DNA from: a virus
Taxonomy: Duplodnaviria > Caudoviricetes
IMG/VR virus record: IMGVR_UViG_3300030055_000003
Reading direction: 5' to 3' (one strand)
DNA: 64,000 nucleotides
The notes under the pieces: model-generated
What the model was told of the DNA's origin: nothing
The model's input: only the letters and a program-made list of their open reading frames with translations
The model's database searches: none
Shown: positions 10,270-20,609 of the stretch, one piece after another
Layout of the letters: the number at the start of each line of letters is the position of its first letter
Numbering within the stretch: position 1 is the first letter of the stretch
Program-made: the position numbers and the translations under genes

Positions 10270-10884
10270 TTAATTCTCTTCTAAGTACCACTTTGCTTCT
10301 TCCAAAACAGTTCTAAATTCAGATTCTGTTAATTTCCAAGGTAAAACTGCCAGTATGTTTCTTAATGGTAAATACTTTCCTTCTAACAACAACTTATAAT
10401 CCTTGTTAATACATTCTTCTCTACATGGCAAGACATCCTTACATAAGCAATTTACTATTTCATGATCAATTCTACACAACTTTCCTGACTTAATTATGTT
10501 CATAAAGTTTACAGGTGTTCCTACTTTAATAAATCTTTGATTTGTATTTACTCCTACAGAATCATTTTTAGCACCATTAAAGATAAATTTAATATTTCCA
10601 TTCACTTTTTTAATTGATTTAATTTCCCATAGTGGACTATCACTCTTATATTCTTCTCCATCTTCAATATTATTAATTACTTCTTGTAACTTATACTCTT
10701 TCACTTGCTTGTCCTCCTTAATTCTTTCAAATCTACCCTTGTTATACCAACAGTTACCTTTATTATCTTTTACGTTATATTCTGTTTCATCTTCTTCTAA
10801 AACTTCATACATACTTTGTTTTGTTAAATTTTCAAAACATCCATTGTTGTTTACGCACATAACTTTGAACAAATTATCACTCAT
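10270..10884 (-). CDS. Hypothetical protein with DUF6501-like N-terminal beta domain
   Basis: KVMCVNN...LT...YEVLEE...Y.VKDNKG...RF pattern. Confidence 0.55.
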   Translation of the reverse strand: MSDNLFKVMCVNNNGCFENLTKQSMYEVLEEDETEYNVKDNKGNCWYNKGRFERIKEDKQVKEYKLQEVINNIEDGEEYKSDSPLWEIKSIKKVNGNIKFIFNGAKNDSVGVNTNQRFIKVGTPVNFMNIIKSGKLCRIDHEIVNCLCKDVLPCREECINKDYKLLLEGKYLPLRNILAVLPWKLTESEFRTVLEEAKWYLEEN

Positions 10885-11076
10885 ATTCTTTTTAACTCCT
10901 TTACTATTCTAAACTTTTCGTTTAATTTGTTATAGACTCTATTTATAGCTTCCTGTCTTATGTATGGTTGTCTTTTATCTTCTGGAATTTCACTTAAACA
11001 TCTTTTCATAAATATTACCTCCTTAATCATATCTTACAACTTTTCTTATTGCTTGTCTATATTTATATTAATTTAT

Positions 11077-11322
11077 TTATATTAAATCTTTATCTAAACC
11101 ATACTTTAATATTATTTTATTAATATCTAGTCCATTAGACAAATCAGTATGAATTATATTTAAAGCCATAGCATAAGAATTTGAGGTTCTAGTATTTATA
11201 TCCTTGCATAATTTTTGTAAATATATTTCACTAATATTAAATTCTTGCGATAGGCTTTTTATGATATTATCATATGTAATTAATTGTGATTTTGCTTGAG
11301 ATTGCAAATCTATTAAACTCAT
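11077..11322 (-). CDS. Hypothetical protein
   Basis: Coupled ORF. Confidence 0.65.
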   Translation of the reverse strand: MSLIDLQSQAKSQLITYDNIIKSLSQEFNISEIYLQKLCKDINTRTSNSYAMALNIIHTDLSNGLDINKIILKYGLDKDLI

Positions 11323-12035
11323 AATTCTCCATTCTCCTTTAACAAAATTTCTAAATCATTTATAACTTCTTCTAGTTCTTTATTGTCTTCATTCTGCTTC
11401 AACCTGCGTTCACAAACTAATTTAATTCTATTTATTCTAGACTTAGGCAAATAATCACTAGGATTTTCAATTTTATCTTTTATAAAAAATAATTCATTAC
11501 TTGCTTCTATTCTTCTTGATTCCATTTCCTTATAAGATTTTTCTAGCTTAACAATTCTTTTCTTTAATTTATTTATGTATTTTTCATCACAAGTATTATA
11601 AAACTTTGTTACTTCTCTACTTAATGATCTTATCATAGAATTCTTTAGAATATCCATTTCTACTTTTAGTTCTCGTTTCTTTGGTTTCTTTAATAATGTT
11701 AAACATATATTATCTCTACATTCATAACTACCATATACACCTATTTCTTTGGGGATTTCATCTTTAATTTGCTCATATAATTCTTTAGGCATAACATAGT
11801 AGTTATAGTGACCTACAAAATTATGACCATGTTCGCTATGAAAATCTGACTTACTTATCTTAATCTCGTAGCATCTAAAAATATCTTTTGTGTCCATCGT
11901 CATATAATCTACTCTACCTTTGCCATACCATCCTAGAGTCACTTCAAAACAACCAAAGATTGCTCTAATAGAGGTTTCTTTATATATGGTTTGTTCAATT
12001 TTCTCAGTTAATTCTGTTTTAGCTATTTTAATCAC
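11319..12035 (-). CDS. MmcB-like PD-(D/E)xK nuclease with C-terminal coiled coil
   Basis: E..RVDY...CYEIKISKSDF...NYYVMP. Confidence 0.75.
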   Translation of the reverse strand: MIKIAKTELTEKIEQTIYKETSIRAIFGCFEVTLGWYGKGRVDYMTMDTKDIFRCYEIKISKSDFHSEHGHNFVGHYNYYVMPKELYEQIKDEIPKEIGVYGSYECRDNICLTLLKKPKKRELKVEMDILKNSMIRSLSREVTKFYNTCDEKYINKLKKRIVKLEKSYKEMESRRIEASNELFFIKDKIENPSDYLPKSRINRIKLVCERRLKQNEDNKELEEVINDLEILLKENGEL

Positions 12036-12040
12036 CTTCC

Positions 12041-12238
12041 TTATATTTCTTTACCTTCAAATTCATATAATTTTTTAGCACAATGAGTTTTAAAATTATC
12101 TACAGTATTCACAGTCCAATAACAATCTAAACTTTTATCTTCCCAAACCATAACTCTTACGCCTTTTGCATAACACCTACTATTCCATGATAAATCTACT
12201 TCTTCAATTATTTCCACAATATAATATTTTGGTATCAT
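12041..12238 (-). CDS. Hypothetical protein
   Basis: ORF with RBS. Confidence 0.65.
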   Translation of the reverse strand: MIPKYYIVEIIEEVDLSWNSRCYAKGVRVMVWEDKSLDCYWTVNTVDNFKTHCAKKLYEFEGKEI

Positions 12239-12310
12239 ATTTTTTCTCCTTTCTAATTGATAATAATTCCCATTAAAACACGTCTTTTAACAAAATTTTA
12301 CATTTAATCA

Positions 12311-13417
12311 TTAGCCTAAACTTACCTTAATTTTATTTATTACATCTTTAACAATAGGAATTACTTTATTTACTCTATCTCCTGTATTATAATCCATATC
12401 AAATTCATGTTCATCTCTACACATCCACGTTCTATCAATTATAGCTTCTTTATACTTATTCAATAATAGTTCTATATTACAGTTTTTAAACTCTTCTCTT
12501 TCCTCCTTTGATAGAATACTTAAAAAGTCTTCTGCTATTTCATTTTCTTTATACTTTAACTTTTCATCAATTATATCATCCATAATATAAACTATAGAAT
12601 CTAAAGTAACAACTTCACCACTTTCTAAAATCAAATTATTATCTTTTATTTTTGATATTTTAGCCTTATAATACTCATATTGCTTATTATTAACTAATGT
12701 TGTTATATCTAAAATATCTCCTATAATATAAATGGACTCTACTCTATTCTTATCCAATGTATTATTATCAGCATAACATTCATAGATTTTATTATATTTT
12801 ATTTCAAATCTATTCTTCCAGTTTTCATTTTCTACATTATGCTTATCTAATGAATATTGAACAAAACTAGATACACATTTAAATAGTTCCTCAATAGCTT
12901 TTCTATCTACATATGGAGTTCTAATTCCAGCACTATTTAGATCGCCTTGACAATTAAAAGTAGTTCCACAATAAACTATATATCTTTCATCTTTTCCTTC
13001 TGAATCTACACTCTTGTTTATCTCATAGAAATCATCACAAGCGAATCCTTCAGTTGTTTGTACTTTTGAATATCTAATATCTCCACTTTGATATTCATGT
13101 TTTTGACCATCTATTCTAGTGTCATCATTTAATTGATAATCAAGAATCCATTTTAAATCCAATATCATAGGAAAATCATGAGTACATCTACTACCTACTA
13201 ATTTCCATTTTATAATTTCATTGTCGTTATCATCCCAATCTACTACTATCTTCTTAAATACTTTTACTGTATAGTAATAATACATAATTCCTTTTTCACT
13301 TGTTAAGTTTATATAGTCATCAAACCCTTGTATTGATGGATTTGAAAATTCTAAAATCATAAAATCGCTTTCCCATCTGAACCTATTCTTTATTCTTTTA
13401 AATTTAAAACCTTTCAT
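12311..13417 (-). CDS. Hypothetical protein
   Basis: 368-aa ORF, no recognised motif. Confidence 0.75.
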   Translation of the reverse strand: MKGFKFKRIKNRFRWESDFMILEFSNPSIQGFDDYINLTSEKGIMYYYYTVKVFKKIVVDWDDNDNEIIKWKLVGSRCTHDFPMILDLKWILDYQLNDDTRIDGQKHEYQSGDIRYSKVQTTEGFACDDFYEINKSVDSEGKDERYIVYCGTTFNCQGDLNSAGIRTPYVDRKAIEELFKCVSSFVQYSLDKHNVENENWKNRFEIKYNKIYECYADNNTLDKNRVESIYIIGDILDITTLVNNKQYEYYKAKISKIKDNNLILESGEVVTLDSIVYIMDDIIDEKLKYKENEIAEDFLSILSKEEREEFKNCNIELLLNKYKEAIIDRTWMCRDEHEFDMDYNTGDRVNKVIPIVKDVINKIKVSLG

Positions 13418-13422
13418 AGTTT

Positions 13423-13905
13423 CTATGCCTCCATTAATTTATTTATATTTACATATATTTCTTTATTCTTGTCTAAATTATAATCTGTTTCTACTATTTC
13501 ATAATCATCTAATACTTTTGATTTTTTAATTTTATTATATATTATATCTTCTTCATCTAAAAACATATTTTGATACTTTTCATATCCTAATTTATCTACT
13601 GATAATTTATGTATAAACGACATATTTAACATATTTTTATCGTTATCTATAAATGGATTTTCAAAATTAAATTCATTTTCAAATTTCCATGTAGATTTTC
13701 CTCCTTTAAATATTTTTATTTTTGCTATTACATTAAAACTACATGGTGTAAGATATTCATATTTTGTTGGATTTACCCATGCATTGCTTCTTATACGACA
13801 ACTCGTAACTGTTAAAAGATAGCCTTCTATAGAAGATTGTTCTTCTTTTAATGGAATAAATATTCTCTCTACAGATCCGTTATATTTTAATTCTATCACT
13901 TTCAT
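13423..13905 (-). CDS. Hypothetical protein
   Basis: ORF with RBS. Confidence 0.7.
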   Translation of the reverse strand: MKVIELKYNGSVERIFIPLKEEQSSIEGYLLTVTSCRIRSNAWVNPTKYEYLTPCSFNVIAKIKIFKGGKSTWKFENEFNFENPFIDNDKNMLNMSFIHKLSVDKLGYEKYQNMFLDEEDIIYNKIKKSKVLDDYEIVETDYNLDKNKEIYVNINKLMEA

Positions 13906-13943
13906 TTTTAATTCCTCCTAAATATTACCATAAAATATCACTT

Positions 13944-14270
13944 CTATTCAATTTTATTTCTTCTTCCATATTTCTTAGCATCTCTTAAATAATTATAATC
14001 ATCTTTTACTCTACATTCTTTACAAGCATCCCATAAAAGACTTTCTTGCGTATAATCGGTATATCCTAAATATTCACATGTATAAACTATATCACGACAT
14101 GAATTTCTTGGAGTTGTCCAACATTCTTCATTGCAATTATTGGCATGTTCACAATTTGTTTTGTTTCTTTTTATAGTTGTTATGTATTTTCTCCAAGGAC
14201 ATTTTGCTTTTGGGTTATAACAATAACAAGTATCTTTAGGAATCCATTTCTTCATTGCTCTCTTTTTCAT
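13944..14270 (-). CDS. Cys-rich hypothetical protein
   Basis: Multiple Cys clusters. Confidence 0.7.
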   Translation of the reverse strand: MKKRAMKKWIPKDTCYCYNPKAKCPWRKYITTIKRNKTNCEHANNCNEECWTTPRNSCRDIVYTCEYLGYTDYTQESLLWDACKECRVKDDYNYLRDAKKYGRRNKIE

Positions 14271-14429
14271 ATTATCACTTCCTTATGTATTTCTATTAAT
14301 TTGTTTGTCTAAACTAATATTATCATAAACTACCAATCAATGCAATAGTAATTCTATTAATTTATTTAAATATTTTAAAAAGCAATAAAAGAGAACTATA
14401 AAAATTCAATTATAGTTCTCACAACTCTG

Positions 14430-15866
14430 TTATTTAGTATTTTCTATAGCATAATTAATTCTATTTAACAAATTGCTTATGGTAACATGCTCCATAAACT
14501 GATACTTTTCATTCCTAACCTCATTATTAACGTAGTAGTCTTTTGCATTCTCTATTAAAGTATTTATATAATGTCTTGAAGTTCCAGTACAACATATAAC
14601 TACATCATAACTCACTAATTTTGAAATAATCTTTAGTGGACTTTCTGAATAGGTATCAAATCCACTAACTTTTAAATTATATTTCTTTAACTCACTTATA
14701 TATAATTTTTGATTAAATGAATTAATAATCAATACTTTTTGATTATTAAAATTTTCATAATTGATGTATTCTTTTTTTATATTCCCTGTTCTAATCACTT
14801 TAAGCTTATTATCTTTTCTTAAATTCATTTCATAAAGATGGCTAATCAACTCTTCTTTACTTTCAATATAAGGATATATATTTGTAATTACATATTCATT
14901 ATTTTCATCATTAAATTCAGCTACGCAAAAGACTTCTTCTAAATCTTCTATATAATACTTACTAGCATTTACATTATCAAAAGTATTCCCATTATAGTCT
15001 ATATAAATGTATTTATCATCGTTATTCTTTAACATACCCATAGATTCTTTTATTTTAACTAGAACATGTCTAGGATTATCTGATTTTATACTTAGTTTAT
15101 TTTCTTTTGTAGTATCGACTACAATTTCTTTTACTTTTTCAGTAGGTTCATATATTTCTAATTTTTTTCTTAAATTTTGATTTTCCACACTTAAGCTATA
15201 CTTATCATTTTCCAATGATTCTATTTGTTGCTTATACAAATTACTATATCCATCAAGTTTATTGATTCTTAAACTGTCTACATCCTTAATTAACGTTGAA
15301 ATAATTTCAGTTTTACCACCTAATTGAGTCCTTAAGTCTCTGTTTGAAACTGATAATAATTCTAATTTTTCACTAAGTTTTCTAAGCATGTTTTGTTGCC
15401 CTATCTGTCGCTTGTATTTATAATATTCTTTTGATAAATCTTTATGAACTTTTTGTAATATATAATATTGTAATTTAATATCATCATATTTTTCTTTTAA
15501 GTTCACAAGGTTAGTCTTGTTTATATTTATATCATCATTTAACTTCTTATTAGTATTAGCATATGATAAAATTTTCTTTTCTAATTTTTTAGATTTTGTA
15601 ATAGCTAATGTTTTTTCAACTTTTAATACTTTCATTTGATTTTTAAGTATCTTTAGTTGTTCAGCATGTTTATTAATCTGAATTTTGTCATTGTTGCTAT
15701 CCTCCTTATTATCAACTTCAATAATCTCATTATTTTTAGTCAATTCCTTAGATTTTTCCTCAAATTGTTTCTTTAATAACTCTCTCTTTTCTTCCATGAG
15801 TTTTTTATTTTTATCTACTATATCTGGTGGTTTTCCAAAGTTTTTTATTATTATTCCATAGCCCAT
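14430..15866 (-). CDS. Coiled-coil protein with C-terminal DUF2325-like domain
   Basis: Long heptad region; C-terminal KVLII...YDVVICCTGTSRH Rossmann-like segment. Confidence 0.6.
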   Translation of the reverse strand: MGYGIIIKNFGKPPDIVDKNKKLMEEKRELLKKQFEEKSKELTKNNEIIEVDNKEDSNNDKIQINKHAEQLKILKNQMKVLKVEKTLAITKSKKLEKKILSYANTNKKLNDDININKTNLVNLKEKYDDIKLQYYILQKVHKDLSKEYYKYKRQIGQQNMLRKLSEKLELLSVSNRDLRTQLGGKTEIISTLIKDVDSLRINKLDGYSNLYKQQIESLENDKYSLSVENQNLRKKLEIYEPTEKVKEIVVDTTKENKLSIKSDNPRHVLVKIKESMGMLKNNDDKYIYIDYNGNTFDNVNASKYYIEDLEEVFCVAEFNDENNEYVITNIYPYIESKEELISHLYEMNLRKDNKLKVIRTGNIKKEYINYENFNNQKVLIINSFNQKLYISELKKYNLKVSGFDTYSESPLKIISKLVSYDVVICCTGTSRHYINTLIENAKDYYVNNEVRNEKYQFMEHVTISNLLNRINYAIENTK

Positions 15867-15968
15867 TAATGTACACCTCCTTAATCTATATTATAGACTA
15901 AGATAGTATTAATATTCACTATATACCATTTTTCAATCTAATATATCATACAAAAATAAGGAAAGCAT

Positions 15969-17261
15969 TTAACCCTCCTTACGTAATTCTGTTCCATCAA
16001 TGATTAAATTAACTTTTCTACAATCTAACTTATCTTCATTTCTATATTTTATATCATAATAATCATTTATATCCAATACAAAATTAGACAAATGCCATAT
16101 TCTAGTTACTCCATCTTTGTTAATTCTAGTAATTATAAATCCACTTATATTGATTAACCATTGATATTTTGACACTTTTGAAATATCTTCTTTATCTATA
16201 ATCACTTTTACTTCGCTATTATTTCTTTTAATGGATATATATGCAATATCACCACATTCAATAATTAAATTTTTATGAACCTTTGTATGTTTTGTTTCTT
16301 CATTATTAAGCAAATTTAGTTCTTTTTTAACCTTTTTCCTTCTGTCGTATTCAATCTCAACTGCACCTAACCAATTAAAAAATATATGCATTATTTTATA
16401 TATATTAGCTTTACATATTATTTCTTTTGGATACCATATTTTAAATTTTTCTTCTATGGTTACAAAATCTATATCATATTTCCCATTATATAATTCATAT
16501 AAATAATCCATTCTTGCAGAACTCTCTAAATCATATAGTGCTATTCTCTTTATATTTATAACCTTACACGCCTTGTAAATTCTAGAATTAAGTGTATCAT
16601 AATTAACAATTTCATGGTTTTTGCCTTTTATTATATGAAAAATGTTTTTGTTAAAATCAATATATTTCTTTTTATGGATTTCCTTTGCTAAATCCATCCA
16701 TTTTAAGAAATCAGAATCCACACTAATATGCAGAATTATTTCTTCTTCTTCATTAAATATAATCACTTCTTTATTTTTAAAATCTATATCTTTCCACTTT
16801 ATTTGCCTAGCATATATCATCTTCTGACCAGTAATACCGTATCTAGCTAATATTAAAGGTAAAACATTGTCTATGCCATTTGCTTCAAAAATTTTTCTAC
16901 ACAAATTAAAAAAATTATACTTAGAAATATACCAAGAATTATCTACTTTGTTTTTTCGTTTTAATTTAAATTCTTTGAGTTCTTTATGATAACTTTTAGA
17001 ATACCATTTTAAATAAAATTTAATAAAAGAATTAAATGTATATAATATACTGTCACTTAAGTCTGTGACTTTTTCATTACATTTTTTAATTTCATCTTCT
17101 CCAAAATCATATAAGTCTTTATTAGATTCATTTTCAATGTCAGCTATATAATTCATATACAAGTTCCAATTTGTAATTTCAGTAGATTTAGAGTAATTAG
17201 AACCTTTAAAAAATAAATATTTATTTACTTGAAATTGACTAGGTATAGGCATAAATTCCAA
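15969..17261 (-). CDS. MrpR-like degenerate tyrosine-recombinase-fold protein fused to a degenerate HNH domain
   Basis: Aligns by eye with 29547..30656 (LxxYG...IKWxDxD); lacks HxxR/LGH; C-terminus VIIDKED...QW...HLSNFVL...DIKYRNEDKLDCRKVNL. Confidence 0.6.
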   Translation of the reverse strand: MEFMPIPSQFQVNKYLFFKGSNYSKSTEITNWNLYMNYIADIENESNKDLYDFGEDEIKKCNEKVTDLSDSILYTFNSFIKFYLKWYSKSYHKELKEFKLKRKNKVDNSWYISKYNFFNLCRKIFEANGIDNVLPLILARYGITGQKMIYARQIKWKDIDFKNKEVIIFNEEEEIILHISVDSDFLKWMDLAKEIHKKKYIDFNKNIFHIIKGKNHEIVNYDTLNSRIYKACKVINIKRIALYDLESSARMDYLYELYNGKYDIDFVTIEEKFKIWYPKEIICKANIYKIMHIFFNWLGAVEIEYDRRKKVKKELNLLNNEETKHTKVHKNLIIECGDIAYISIKRNNSEVKVIIDKEDISKVSKYQWLINISGFIITRINKDGVTRIWHLSNFVLDINDYYDIKYRNEDKLDCRKVNLIIDGTELRKEG

Positions 17262-17624
17262 TTAAATCACCTCCAATGGTTATATTATTGCCAAAAAACA
17301 TTAACAATATAACCATTTTTGATAAAATTTTTATCCTTTATTAAAATAAATTAAAGTAATTTTTAAGTATCAAATATTTATTAAACTTAATGTATATTTA
17401 TTTTTATATTACACATAATACTATTGTAATGAAATAACAAAAACATGGTTATATTTATAGCTATTGTTATTGCTATTTCATACATAAAATTAAGCCTGTT
17501 GGATATTTATTTTCTAAGCAATTATATTTTATCCTACAGGCTGTTTTATATTTAATATTTTATGTTTATTAATTGAAAATCAATTTAAAATGCAAATTTT
17601 ATTTGGTTTTTAGCAAAAGTTAAA

Positions 17625-17650
17625 AGGCTATAACTTAGTCATAGCCTTAT
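17625..17650 (-). terminator. Intrinsic terminator
   Basis: AAGGCTAT..ATAGCCTT hairpin after 17665 stop. Confidence 0.65.
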
Positions 17651-17664
17651 TCTTGTTTTTTTTA

Positions 17665-18921
17665 CTATTCTTGAAAAGATAAAGCAAACCTAGCTTCTTT
17701 ATCAACTATCCCAATTTTTTGTTCAAGTCTTACTATGTATGATTTAAAGTCTATTTCCTTATTGTCATCTAATTTAAATGATTTGATTACATTTTGTAAG
17801 GTGTCTTTTTGTTCTTGTGTTAGTTCATCTATTATTAAAGTTATTCTTAAACTGATTTCAAATGATTTACATAATTCTTTTTCAAATTTTCTGTCAACTT
17901 CTCTTTCTTTAATATTAGGATATATATTTTCCATCCATACTTTTATTTTTCTTCTTAAGTTTTCATTTTCATTTACATACTCAATTATCTTATCTGTCCA
18001 ATTATTAATAGTATCTCTCCTTATGTTATTATCAGTAACAATACTAAAATTAGATGCAAACCTCATTAATTGAGGGATTATATGACCATTAAAATATTCA
18101 AATTTTTCTTTACTTTTTAATTTCCCTTCTCCATAGCATTCATACTCTATTAAATTTACTTTAAAAGGAGAATTGTTGTTTTTATTATAGATTATCATTA
18201 TTGCATCTGGTATAGTTTCGATTCCAATAACTCTATCTTTGTTTGAATTTTTAATTGATGTAGTTTTAAACTTTCTATTATCTGAAATCAAAATACTATC
18301 TTCCTCTTGGAAATGGGTAAATAAATTGTAAAAATTATCACTAACTAACCCTTCTAATCCCATAACTTTATCAGTTTCATTTTTGAATTTAATAGTTTGA
18401 AAAGTTCCCATTATATCTAGTTTTTCATTGTTTTCTTCACAAATTTCTTCAGTATCAATACTATTATTAGAATCTTCCTCCTTTTGTTGAATTTCTTTTT
18501 TATATTCATCAAATATGAAAACATTATTAATTTTGTTTTCATTGAATGTATTGTTTAATAAATCTACAGTAGTTTCGTTTTTAATAGTTTTAGACATTTG
18601 TAATATTTTTGCTCCCCAGTATTTCCCTTCGTATTGTTTGACTATATTTATGGCAAAAGGTTGACAATATTCCAAATTAATAATATTAAAGCATTGAACA
18701 TATTTATCTGCATCTTCCCAAGGTTTGTAATCGGTAGGTGCGTCAAGAATTCCTCTAGCACCACAAACTGTAACTTTATCCACTTTAACTACAATATATA
18801 TAATATCTCCTTTTTCTGCTATTCTTTGTGCAAAACCTGCTACTTTTTCATTAATACATAAATAATAATTATCTATCATTTTAGAACAATTTAAAACTCT
18901 AGCACTTACCATAATAATCAC
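17665..18921 (-). CDS. EVE/PUA-like domain fused to PD-(D/E)xK nuclease (putative modification-dependent endonuclease)
   Basis: N-term GDIIYIVV...G.RG...Y.PW...LEYCQPF; C-term IPDAIMII...NLIEYEC. Confidence 0.55.
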   Translation of the reverse strand: MIIMVSARVLNCSKMIDNYYLCINEKVAGFAQRIAEKGDIIYIVVKVDKVTVCGARGILDAPTDYKPWEDADKYVQCFNIINLEYCQPFAINIVKQYEGKYWGAKILQMSKTIKNETTVDLLNNTFNENKINNVFIFDEYKKEIQQKEEDSNNSIDTEEICEENNEKLDIMGTFQTIKFKNETDKVMGLEGLVSDNFYNLFTHFQEEDSILISDNRKFKTTSIKNSNKDRVIGIETIPDAIMIIYNKNNNSPFKVNLIEYECYGEGKLKSKEKFEYFNGHIIPQLMRFASNFSIVTDNNIRRDTINNWTDKIIEYVNENENLRRKIKVWMENIYPNIKEREVDRKFEKELCKSFEISLRITLIIDELTQEQKDTLQNVIKSFKLDDNKEIDFKSYIVRLEQKIGIVDKEARFALSFQE

Positions 18922-19011
18922 TCTTTTCCTTATTTATGTATTAATACTATCAGATTTTACCTATAAAATAAATATAAATTATATTTGATATGTTTATTTA
19001 TGTATTTTAAT

Positions 19012-19740
19012 TTATTTTTTATATGTAAATAGCTTTTCAGTTCTGATATTCTTACCATCACCAGCTACTTTATTACTATCAATGTTTACTATAATTTCTT
19101 TCTGCCATATACATTCAAATTCTTCAGGCATATTATATTCACTTATTAAAACTGTATTATGTACGCTCATATCTTTTACCCATTTATAAAATTCTTCATA
19201 TGGAAACTTTTCTGTTTTATATTTTGTAGTGTCTCTATATGGTATGTCACAATAGATGATGTAGTTATTAATTTTATCCAATGGTAAATCTAAAAAGCTT
19301 GTACATTTGAAATCAATACCTTCTAAGTTAGGAGCTTGTTTTTTTAGATTTTTAATTGCACCTGCTGACCATTTACCACTATTATCATCTTTACTATCTC
19401 TAGCGTATCCACCAAAATACTTAGCACTAAAACTAGCACAGAATCCAACTAAACCCACAAACCATTTTTCATATTTATCCTTATTATTTTTGACTTCTAT
19501 GTACTTATCTTCTAATATTCTTTCGGGCAATAAACCACTAAATTCTTGTGCATATTTTAATAGTTCAATTAATTCCTCATGTATATCACAACCTATACGT
19601 TTCTTACATTGTATTTTATCAATCATATTTGCCCCACCTACGAATGGTTCTAAATATCCCTTAGTATTTTGGGTTATGTATGATTGTATAATTGGTGCTA
19701 ATTCTTTGCTTAATTTATTTTTACTTCCTACATATCTCAT
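19012..19740 (-). CDS. Dam-family (D12 class) DNA adenine methyltransferase, DIPY variant
   Basis: RYVGSK, EPFVGGANM, YCDIPY, VLISEY. Confidence 0.85.
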   Translation of the reverse strand: MRYVGSKNKLSKELAPIIQSYITQNTKGYLEPFVGGANMIDKIQCKKRIGCDIHEELIELLKYAQEFSGLLPERILEDKYIEVKNNKDKYEKWFVGLVGFCASFSAKYFGGYARDSKDDNSGKWSAGAIKNLKKQAPNLEGIDFKCTSFLDLPLDKINNYIIYCDIPYRDTTKYKTEKFPYEEFYKWVKDMSVHNTVLISEYNMPEEFECIWQKEIIVNIDSNKVAGDGKNIRTEKLFTYKK

Positions 19741-19743
19741 TTA

Positions 19744-20499
19744 TTATATTCCTTCTTTCTTTATTATTTCTATTAATTTATTTCTATAGCTATTATGTAT
19801 AAATAATTTTTCTGTATCTTGTTTTCTGCTATTCTTATCTAATGTAGTAGTTAAAGTCTTTTCATAGATGCATTTAAAATCGTCTGGGGCATTATATTCA
19901 CTGACCAATACTATATTAGTTTCACTCCATTCTCTAACCTTGTCCCAAAATAATTCATAATCAAAATCTTTGCTAGAACCATATTTTGTTGTTCCTTGAT
20001 ATGGAGGATCACAATATATTAGATTGCTTGTTGGATTTAATTCTGTATAATCTGAATGTATAAATTTAGTATCTAATAATCTATCTCTTTGTTTTAATAT
20101 ATTTCTTATAGCTTCATCATAATAATCTCTAATAGTTCCTATTTTAGTATTTACTTTTCCTGCATATCCTCCAAACCATTTAGAATTATATGTAGCACAG
20201 AATCCAGCTATAGCAACTAATGATTGTCCATATTCATCTTTATTATTTTTAATGTTATTATACATTTCTCTACTCATTTCTGAAGGTGGATTCCAACCAT
20301 CTATTAAATCATTCCATAAAGCCATTAGATATTTATTATTATCATAACCTATTTTATTTTTGCATTGAATATGTTCCATCATATTAGCACCACCAACAAA
20401 AGGTTCTATGTACGCATCAACATTATTCTCTTTTATTAATTTATTTATTATTGGAGATATATCTTTTGACAATCTCGCTTTGCTACCCATATATTTCAT
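19744..20499 (-). CDS. Dam-family (D12 class) DNA adenine methyltransferase
   Basis: KYMGSK, EPFVGGANM, YCDPPY, VLVSEY. Confidence 0.9.
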   Translation of the reverse strand: MKYMGSKARLSKDISPIINKLIKENNVDAYIEPFVGGANMMEHIQCKNKIGYDNNKYLMALWNDLIDGWNPPSEMSREMYNNIKNNKDEYGQSLVAIAGFCATYNSKWFGGYAGKVNTKIGTIRDYYDEAIRNILKQRDRLLDTKFIHSDYTELNPTSNLIYCDPPYQGTTKYGSSKDFDYELFWDKVREWSETNIVLVSEYNAPDDFKCIYEKTLTTTLDKNSRKQDTEKLFIHNSYRNKLIEIIKKEGI

Positions 20500-20609
20500 T
20501 TATATTATTCGCTCCTTTTATATTTATTTTAATTTATTATCACTTGATAAAATAGCCATTTTATGTAAATATTTGAGAGCTACAGACTAGCTATAGCCTC
20601 ATTATATCA

